DNA of 57,963 bases, counting the filler, from Jimgerdemannia flammicorona (taxonomy: Eukaryota): NCBI GenBank assembly GCA_003990765.1. It is 2 parts of 2 records of this genome, joined end to end, with 100 filler letters (N's around TTAATTAATTAA, not from the genome) between each part and the next. Parts side by side here need not be neighbours in the genome. Positions count along the whole stretch, not along the records: positions 1 to 28,941 come from RBNJ01000532.1; 1 more part is not named here. One strand, written 5' to 3'. Under the pieces are notes generated by a model. It saw only the letters and a program-made list of their open reading frames with translations. It did no database searches and was not told the origin of the DNA. This document shows, piece by piece, positions 1 through 8,979 of this stretch; position 1 is the first letter of the stretch; the number at the start of each line of letters is the position of its first letter. Position numbers and translations under genes: made by a program.

Positions 1-1703
1 AAAAAAGCAGAGTGGGGGATGGGGGGGTGGGAAATAAGGGGAGGGGTGAGAAGTGAAGTTCGGACCTCAAGCCAATCAACCAAACTCAATTGAGCAGTTA
101 TAACATCAATAGGGTATTCTTTCCTGTGAACCAGGAATTTGGCCAAAAACCAACACTCATCAAGCCAATCACGGCGAGATGAGCAGAGTAGTGAAAGGCG
201 GTGGGCTTCGTTCACAATGCATAGACGGAGCGTCTTCCTAGGATGATTGCTCAACCAGTCGAAAAACTGAGTACTACGCGGAAATTTAGCGAAGCGGCCT
301 GTGCGGAATGGTGCGACTTGGATTTCTAGGTCTAAGTAATGGCACGGTCCGGCGGACAAGACTTCCCATTCGATACGATGGTGTGGAGGGTACACGGCAG
401 CAAAGATCGAGGCCAAGTCCATGATCACGGGCGTAAAGACAATAAGATCATCAATATACTGGCGGAACTTTAGCCCGGCAGCGACGGCTCGGCTAAGCAG
501 ATGATCGGGTGCTTGCAAGGTATACAGCTCATGAGCAAAACCGACAAGATTGGCAAGATCCGGAGCACAATTAGTGCCCATAGCAATACCAGTCACAGAG
601 CGGAAGGAACTGATGGCAGATGTAAATGTCGTATGAGTTATGACTATGCGGACAAGGCCAAGAACGGCTTCAAGCGGCAAAGAGCCAGGGGGGAAGGCCA
701 CTGTCAACAAAAAGGTGAGGCAGTCAATGCACTCATCTAATGTGATCCTGGTATAGAAGGCGGCGAAATCTCCAGTAGCAATGTATAAACAATCTGACAC
801 GTCAAGGTAATCCGAACGAACCAATTGAAGCAGTTCGAGTATATCACATAGAGGTGAATAACGAGAGTAACCCACATTATGGTGCAGATGGGCCGACCAC
901 AGATGGAGAAAGCGAGATAGGAAATGCGAAATCTCAGTCGTGGGAGAGTTAAACGCACCAACGATAGGGCGCCATACCACGCGAGCCCCTTTGTGTACCT
1001 TGGGCAGAGCATGAAACATGGGTAGCTTACAATCGATGGGCTCCATGAGGTGTTCCCAAATCGGCATATAATTATGATCGCCGATGCAGAATTCGAGTAG
1101 ACCAAGAAGGTCCAGCCTCACTGATTCCTTAACATTATCAATCGTAGAGGGATCATTCACGTACGCAGGATCATGAAGGAGGGACCGAAGACCATCAAGA
1201 TAAAGAGTGCGCGGTATAATGGCGAACCCCAGATTTTTGTCGGTAAGACAGACAGTGAAGTCATCATGAGTACGGACACCTTTAAGAAGGCGGCGGAACT
1301 TCTTCAGTACAAGCGCGCCAGACACATTCGTCGTGGGTCAGACAGCTTGATTCAAAGCGGCACTCATATGGAGCATAATTTGCATATTTTCCATACAGTG
1401 TGGCAGTCGCCATTTAGATGGCACCCAGGCGGAGATCTCCGGGACGTCATCAGGATTACCCATAGAGGTCCAGAAGGTGGCAAGGTCGAGACGCTGTTGG
1501 AACGACGACAACGAAATCGGGTCGATGGTACTGTTCATCGATGCCGACCCGGGGAGAACGAACTTAGGGCCAAAGTTCAGCATATACGTGAGCTCAGGGG
1601 TAAGCCAAGGTGGAGGTATATCGGTAACAAAGCCCTCCTCGGTAAACATCCAAAACCGAGGGACAAAAAACTGACTTAAGCAGGAACCGGGAAGAGAAGA
1701 CAT
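1..1703 (-). pseudogene. Penelope-type reverse transcriptase, left copy, partial
   Basis: Motifs LNFGPKF, DKNLG, LPKVHK..RPIV, GIAMG, RQYIDDL, YLDL and SNHP. In-frame TGA at 1338-1340. Confidence 0.88.
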
Positions 1704-1813
1704 GAAGGCAAAATCCTCAATTGGTGTCGAGGCCGCTACCCCACGTAGAATGGGGACATCGGGGCCAAACCACGCTGCCAGGAAGTCATATAAGACTTCC
1801 GGGCTGGGGACCT

Positions 1814-2974
1814 CTAGTTTTTTGATGCTAGAGGGCAGGCATCGCCAGCATTATGCTAGACAACATGACGTTTCGCGGCAGTACACTCGTTGCACTGTAG
1901 TACAAACGCCCTGGCGGCGCTCTTAGATGAGCGGCTCGAAGTCGATGAGTGGCTGGTCCTGGTAGAAGCAGAAGAAACGGACGGGGAAGGTGAAGCCTTA
2001 TGCGCTTGCTTGACCCCTTTTACAGAACCCTCCATCACAGCGGGGGCTAGGGGGCAAGGACCCCGGTGGGCCTTTATAGGCACACCAAGGCGTCCAGAAC
2101 AGCTATGGCAGTTCGGCACAACAGAGGCCGAGGTCACCTTCACCGCCTTCCCCTTTCCTGCAGCCCCCGCAGGCGTGACAGTAGAGGGTAGGGGGGTGGG
2201 GATGCTCTTTTTTGGTCGGGCGGAACCAGCGGCAGCAGAAGCAAATGTGCGTTTGGCACCCGGAGTAACGATCTCGGGGCGCTTCCCAAGCTCCTCAACC
2301 ATGGCTTTGCGGGCGGCGGCAGAAATCCCATCTTGCAGGGAGAAGGATGCAGGGGCTGTCGGGTGGACGGTGGCGGCAGTGGCTTTGGCAGCAGCGGCGG
2401 TGGCGAGACGGCGAGACTGATGCATGACAACGTCAAAACCACGGAACAAGAACAAGTTCATCTTGGCCCAGTCAGTGGCAGCGAGGGTAGCGATATTCTT
2501 GCTAACCCCCAGAGTGATATCAACGGATACGCCAAAAAATTGGTAAGCATCGGAAGAACCACCCAAGGCCTTGTCGATTTTAGCACGCTGGTCCTTAGCA
2601 TGCTGGGCGGTGGCTTCTTGATCAGAAACAGCAGCCTCGATCGCGGCAGTGGCACAGCACTTAGCTTCTGCCGAAGCAGTAGCAAGGGCGGCATCATGCT
2701 GCTCCTCAGGTAGGAGGGCGATGGTAGTGGCTACCTTCTTGGAGGGAGTAAACCTCCAATCGGCAACCTGGGCCCGTAAGAACTCGGCATGGCGTTCCTT
2801 CGCGGCGGTGACCTCAAGGGCAGAAAGCACTCCGGTGCAAGCAGCACGGAAGTAAGCGGGGACCTCGGCAGATGCAGCAGCAACATAGGCTGCAAGGTTG
2901 TCGAACTCCGCCAAATCAGCGAAGGAAGCTTTGGAGATGGCAGCATCGCTATCTACATTCATATTATCTGTCAT
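1814..2974 (-). pseudogene. ORF1 of the Penelope-like element (Ala-rich helical N-terminus, two CxxC..H..C motifs)
   Basis: 372-aa ORF ending at a TAG where the right copy has TGG. The consensus continues WHNAGDACPLASKN*. Confidence 0.75.
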
Positions 2975-4182
2975 GTTGTGTATTATAAAACGAGTAGATA
3001 ATAGCGGAAGAGTTTAGAGCGAGATGTGATACTGTTACGGCAGATATGAAGGTCGGCGGTAAAAGGTCAAACAGTTATGAAAAGCTTATGTGAATTTTCA
3101 CGACGGAACAGAAAGTGGAATAAAGTGTTTTCCGAAGCAAGGTGCAATAGATCTGCAACCTGCTCACGGCACCGCAGTTTGTGATGGTCTTTATTTAAAT
3201 TTGAGAACAAAGTTCGGATAAACAAAGACATGGATCTAACCCCGGAATTCCGGAATCGGATAGGTGCATAAGTACCCGAACCTTGCCCCGATCCAAACAA
3301 AGGTCTGAATCGGGCTTCGTCAATCTACACACGTGACGGGCCATTAAAAACCCGATATAGTAACAATCGGGAAAAGGTACCGGTCATGTGATCTAATGTT
3401 ACACAATCAGTAAACAATGCCAAAAACGGAACTAGACCAATGACGCAACACATGTTATCACATGATTGTCACTTATAGGTTTAAAAACCTAAAAATCATC
3501 AGCACCCGAAGGCGCAGGCGTCAGGCCTAGAGCCTTGTGACCGGAGCGGAGTAGAGCCTCGACACCGGAGCGAGCAAAGTGAGCAGAGGTAGACAGGCAT
3601 CACGGAGCATAGGTATACAGGCGTCAGGCCTAGAGCCTCGCGCCAGAGGTTGTCCAGCGATTTTTCGCGTTTTTAAACCTATAAGTGACAATCACGTGAT
3701 AACACGTGTTGCGTCATTGGTCTAGTTCTGTTTTTGGCATTGTTTACTGATTGTGTAACATTAGATCATGTGACCGCTACCTTTTCCTGATTGTTACTAT
3801 ATCAGGTTTTTAATGGCCCGTCACGTGTGTAGATCGACGAAGCCCGATTCAGACCTTTGTTTGGATCGGGGCAAGGCTCGGGTACTTATGTACCTATCCG
3901 ATTCCAGAATTCCGGGGTTAGATCCATGTCTTTGTTTATCCGAACTTTGTTCTCAAATTTGAATAAAGACCATCGCAAACTGCGGTGCTGTGAGCGGGTT
4001 GCCGATCTATTGCACCTTGCTTCGGAAAACACTTTATTCCGCTTTCTGTTCCGTCATGAAAATTCACATAAGCTTTTCATAACTGTTTGACCTTTTACCG
4101 CCGACCTTCATATCCGCTGTAACAGTATCACGTCTCGCTCTAAACTCTTCTGCTATTATCTACTCATTTTATAATACACGAC

Positions 4183-5342
4183 ATGACAGATAATATGAAT
4201 GTAGATGGCGATGCTGCCATCCCCAAAGCTTCCTTCACCGATTTGGCGGAGTTTGACAACCTTGCAGCCTATGTTGCTGCCATGTCTGCCGAGGTCCCCG
4301 CTTACTTCCATACTGCTTGCACCGGAGTGCTTTCTGCCCTTGAGGTCGCCGCCACAAAGGAATGCCGCACCGAGTTCTTACGGGCCCAGGTTGCCGATTG
4401 GAGGTTTACTCCCTCCAAGAAGGTAGCTGCTACCATCGCCTTCCTACCTGAGGAGCAGCATGACGCCGCCCTTGCTACTGCTTCGGCAGAAGCTAAGCAC
4501 CGTGCCACTGCTGCGATCGAGGCTGCTGTTTCTGATCAAGAAGCCGCCGTCCAGCATGCTAAGGACCAGCGTACTAAAATCGACAAGGCCTTGGGTGGTT
4601 CTTCCGATGCTCACCAATTTTTTGGCGTATCCATTGATATCACTCTGGGGGTTAGCAAGAATATCGCTACCCTTGCTGCCACTGACCAGGCCAAGATGAA
4701 CTTGTTCTTGTTCCATGGTTTTGACATTGTTGTGCATCAGTCTCACCATCTCGCCACCACCGCTGCTGCCAAAGCCGCTGCCGCCGCCATCCACCCGACA
4801 GCCCCTGCATCCTCCTCCCTGCAAGATGGGATTTCCGCCGCCACCCGCAAAGCTGTGGTTGAGAAGCTTGGGAAGCGCCCCGAGATCGTTACTCCGGGTG
4901 CCAAACGCACATTTGCTTCTACTGCCGCTGGTTCCACCCGACCGAAAAAGAGCGTCCCCACCCCCCTACCCTCTACTGCCATGCCTGCGGGGGCTGCAGG
5001 AAAGGGGAAGGCAGTGAAGGTGACCTCGGCCTCTGTTGCGCCGAACTGCCGTAGCTGTTCTGGACGCCTTGGTGTGCCTACAAAGGCCCACTGGGGTCCT
5101 TGCCCCCTAGCCCCTGCTGTGATGGAGGGTTCTGTAAAAGGGGTCAAGCGAGCGCGTAAGGCTTCGCCTTCCCGTCCGTTTCTTCTGCTTCTACCGGGAC
5201 CAGCCACTCGTCGACTTCGAGCCACTCATCTAAGAGTGCCACCAGAGCATTTGTACCACAGTGCAACGAGTGTACTGCCACGAAATGTCATGTCGTCTGG
5301 CATAATGCCAGTGATGCCTGTCCTCTAGCGTCAAAAAACTAG
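4183..5342 (+). pseudogene. ORF1 of the Penelope-like element, right copy
   Basis: Collinear with the left ORF1. A 1-nt deletion near 5171 shifts the frame. Confidence 0.75.
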
Positions 5343-5452
5343 AGGTCCCCAGCCCGGAAGTCTTATATGACTTCCCGGCAGCATGGTTTGGCCCCAATGT
5401 CCCCATTCCACGTGGGGTAGCGGCCTCGACACCAATTGAGGATTTTGCCTTC

Positions 5453-7345
5453 ATGTCTTCTCTTCCTGGTTCCCGCTTAAGTCAGTTTTTCATCCCTCAG
5501 TTTCGGATGTTTACCGAGGAGGGCTTTGTTACCGATATACCTCCACCTTGGCTTACCCCCGAGCTCATGTATATGCTGAACTTTGGCCCTAAGTTCGTTC
5601 TCCCCAGGTCGGCATCGATGAACAGTACCATCAACCCGATTTCGTTGTCATCGTTCCAATGGCGTCTCGACCTTGCCACCTTCTGGACCTCTATGGGTAA
5701 TCCTGACGACGTCCCGGAGATCTCCACCTGGGTGCCATCTAAATGGCGACCACCGCACTGTATGGAAAATATGCAAATTATGCTCCATATGAGTGCCACT
5801 TTGAATCAAGCTGTCTGACCCATGACAAATGTGTCCAGCGCGCTTGTACCGAAGAAGTTCCGCCACCTTCTTAAAGGCGTCCGTACTCATGATGACTTCA
5901 CTGTCTGTCTTACTGACAAAAATCTGGGGTTTGCCGTTATACCGCACACTCTTTATCTCGACGGTCTTCGGTCCCTCCTTCACGATCCTGCGTACGTGAA
6001 TGATCCCTCTACGATTGATAACGTTAAGGAATCAATGAGGCTGGACCTTCTTGGTCTACTCGAATTCTGTATCGGCGATCATAATTGTATGCCGATTTGG
6101 GAACACCTCATGGAGCCCATCGATTGTAAGCTACCTGTGTTTCACACTCTGCCCAAGGTACACAAAGGGGCTCGCATGGCATAGCGCCCTATCGTTGGTA
6201 CGTTTAACTCTCCCACGACCGAGATTTCACGTTTCCTATCTCGCTTTCTCCGTCTGTGGTTGGCCCATCTGCGCCATAATGTGGGTTACTCTCGTTATTC
6301 ACCTCTACGTGATATGCTTGAACTGCTTCAAATGGTTCGTTCAGATTACCTTGATGTGTCAGATTGTTTATATGTCGCTACTGGAGATTTTGCCACCTTC
6401 TACACCAGGATCACATTAGATGAGTGCATTGACTGCCTCACCTTTTTGTTGACGGTGGCCTTCCCCCCTGGCTCTTTGCCGCTTGAAGCCATTCTCGGCC
6501 TTGTCCGTATAGTTATGACTCGTACGACGTTTACATCCGCCATCGGTTCCTTCCACTCTGTGACTGGTATTGCTATGGGCACTAATTGTGCTCCGGATCT
6601 TGCCAATCTTGTTGGTTTTGCTCATGAGCTATGCGCCTTGCAAGCGCCCGATCATCTGCTTAGCTGAGCCATCGCTGCCGGGCTAAAGTTCCGCTGATAT
6701 ATTGATGATCTTATTGTCTTTATGCCCGCGATCATGGACTTGGTCTCGATCTTTGCTGCCATGTACCCTCCGCACCATCATATCGAATGGGAAGTCTTGT
6801 CCGCTGGACTGTGCCATTACTTAGACCTGGAAATCCGAGTCGCACTGTTCCGCACAGGCTGCTTCGCTAAATTCCCACATAGTACTCAGTTTGTCGACTG
6901 GTTGAGCAATCATCCTAGGAAGACGCTCCATCTATGCATTGTGAATAAAGCCTGCCGCCTTTTACTACTCTGCTCATCTCGCCATGATTGGCTTGATGAG
7001 TGTCGGTTTTTGGCCGAATTCCTGGTTCACAGGAAAGGATACCCTATTGATGTTGTAACCACTCAATTGAGTTTGGTTGATTGGCTTGAGGTCCGAACTT
7101 CACTTCTCACCCCTCCCCTTATTTCCCACCCCCCCATCCCCCACTCCACTTTTCCTCCCCTGTTGCTTGTCGTCCAATACGACACAGCCCGATGGCTACA
7201 TCAACAGCCCGACAAGACTCTACGTACCGCTTTGCTTCGTTTTGGTTTCCCTGTGACCGCCCGATGACCAATCATCGCCCGGAAGAACAGTTTTACCATC
7301 CTTAATGCCGTCTCAAATACCAGCTTCGCTCTAAGTTCTCCTTGA
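5453..7345 (+). pseudogene. Penelope-type reverse transcriptase (~630 codons, several in-frame stops)
   Basis: One frame throughout: GPKF, DKNLG, LPKVHK, GDFATFYT, GIAMGTNCAPDLANL, YIDDL, YLDLEI, SNHP, GYP. Stops are consistent with CGA>TGA and TGG>TAG changes. Confidence 0.92.
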
Positions 7346-7375
7346 AGGCCACACTGCTAGTACGTGCCGTGCGAT

Positions 7376-8073
7376 GTTTAAAAACGCGAAAAATTGCCGG
7401 ACAACCTCCGGCGCGATGCTCTAGGCCTGACGCCTACATACCTATGCTCCGTGATGCCTGTCTACCTCCGCTCGCTTCGCTCGCTCTGGTGCCGAGGCTC
7501 TACTCCGCTCCGGTCATGAGGCTCTAGGCCTGACGCCTGCGCCTTTGGGTGCTGACAATTTTTAGGTTTTTAAACCTATAAGTGACAATTACGTGATAAC
7601 ATGTATTGTGTCATTGGTCTAGTTCTGTTTTTGGCATTGTTTACTGATTATGTAACATTAGATCACATGACCGGTACCTTTTCCCGATTGTTACTATATC
7701 GGGTTTTTAATGGCCTGTCACGTGTATAGATCGATGAAGCCCGATTCAGACCTTTGTTTGGATCGGGGCAAGGCTCGGGTATTTATGCACCTATCCGATT
7801 CCAGAATTCCGGGGTTAGATCCGTGTCTTTGTTTATCCGAACTTTATTCTCAAATTTGAATAAAGACCATCGCAAACTGCGGTGCCGTGAGCGGGTTGCA
7901 GATCTATTGCACCTTGCTTCGGAAAACACTTTATTCTGCTTTCTGTTCCATCGTGAAAATTCACATAAGCTTTTTATAACTGTTTGACCTTTTACCACCG
8001 ACCTTCATATCCGCCGTAATAGTATCACATCTCGCTCTAAACTCTTCCTCTATTATCTACTCATTTTATAATA
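7376..8073 (+). repeat. 3' terminal repeat: IR-bounded cassette (7376-7575) plus pseudo-LTR body
   Basis: Reverse complement of about 2981-3678. The body also repeats 3669-4176 directly. Confidence 0.9.
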
Positions 8074-8095
8074 AAAAAAAATAAAAAAAAAAAAA

Positions 8096-8269
8096 TCTTG
8101 TGTTCTGTGACTTCGTATTGACTCAGCTTTGTGTGCTGTGACTTTGGTTTAACTCAGCTTTGTGATCAAACAAGTGATTTCCAGATTTATTCAGAGGTCA
8201 CGTGTGATTTCAGTGGCTTGTTCAGAGGGTGACATGTAATTTCAGTGGCTTAGAGGTTGTGTGCTTACA
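8096..8269 (-). mobile_element. 5' end fragment of a family-C LTR, truncated by the Penelope-like element
   Basis: Matches about 15692-15865, including the gcttaca terminus. Confidence 0.85.
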
Positions 8270-8393
8270 GTATACCTATCAGAACTCTTGCTTGATGCTA
8301 TAGTGATAGTACTTTTTCTCCTAGTTGTGTCAAAAACTATTGCTTGAAGTTTTGTGTAATATGAATTATACAGAAGAAAGGATGCCTGTATAA

Positions 8394-8860
8394 TGTGACG
8401 GTATAGCTGAATTAGGAAGAAGGAAATAGGAAATAGATACTTGATCACACCCATTTCCAAAGTAGTATAGCTTTATAGTTAGTAGTTCTTGATTTCGACA
8501 TTGTCTAAATTCTTAGACATTATCCAAATCAAACATCCCGATTTAGTATAGCATTTAGACATTATCCAAATATTTCGACATTGTCTAAATGACTCATAAC
8601 TTAGCTGTGTAACTCAGTAGCCATCTCATAGCTAGCAAACTTGTATAAATAACCCAATATCTTCGAGTGAATAAACCTCAGATTGAAATAGTTCAAAGTA
8701 AAGAGATAGTAAAGGAACTAGTAAGCCTGTGGGCAGATACACTTCGAACTCACCCACCCTCCCCCACAACTTCAAGAGACTCTGCGAGAGTCAGAACAGT
8801 CAAGTTTTCAAGATACAGAAATCCGACATACTTTCAAGAGTAAGTGCCCACTACATTATA
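8394..8860 (+). repeat. Family A 5' LTR
   Basis: Direct repeat of 16707-17173. TG start; the CA end is mutated to TA. Contains tataaata and aataaa. Confidence 0.93.
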
Positions 8861-8912
8861 ACTTGGTGCCCATTGGCTGGTGATTCAAGATAAATTTCTC
8901 ACCTTCAAGCTG
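8861..8912 (+). promoter_or_regulatory. Primer-binding site and conserved leader
   Basis: TGG-initiated tggtgcccattggctgg 3 nt after the LTR. The same block occurs at 35247, 46676(-) and 55761. Confidence 0.75.
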
Positions 8913-8979
8913 AACAATGAACAACCACTACTATCTGAACAACCATACAAACCGAGCCCCAATACCCAGACAAGATAGA

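Larger units (their letters stand above)
1..3677 (-). mobile_element. Penelope-like retroelement, left copy (cassette + pseudo-LTR + ORF1 + RT), cut by window start
   Basis: Reverse complement of 3669-7156. Paired coordinates sum to 7156/7157 (ATG 2974 vs 4183; ATG 1703 vs 5453). Confidence 0.9.
3669..8095 (+). mobile_element. Penelope-like retroelement, right copy, with direct pseudo-LTRs and an A-rich 3' end; no GIY-YIG endonuclease
   Basis: Direct repeat 3669-4176 / 7566-8073 flanks ORF1 and RT. A-run at 8074-8095. Confidence 0.9.

Noticed and set aside
3490..3505. ctgatga on the minus strand as a hammerhead ribozyme core
   Set aside because: No stem II followed by GAAA. The motif overlaps the cassette IR, and the 7552 copy reads ctgacaa.
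3857..4090. 77-aa ORF present in all three pseudo-LTR copies
   Set aside because: TTG start and no recognisable motif. Recurrence is explained by the repeat itself.
1..7156. Palindrome as an amplification or assembly chimera
   Set aside because: The arms differ by many CpG-type transitions and an indel. A library fold-back artefact would give near-identical arms.
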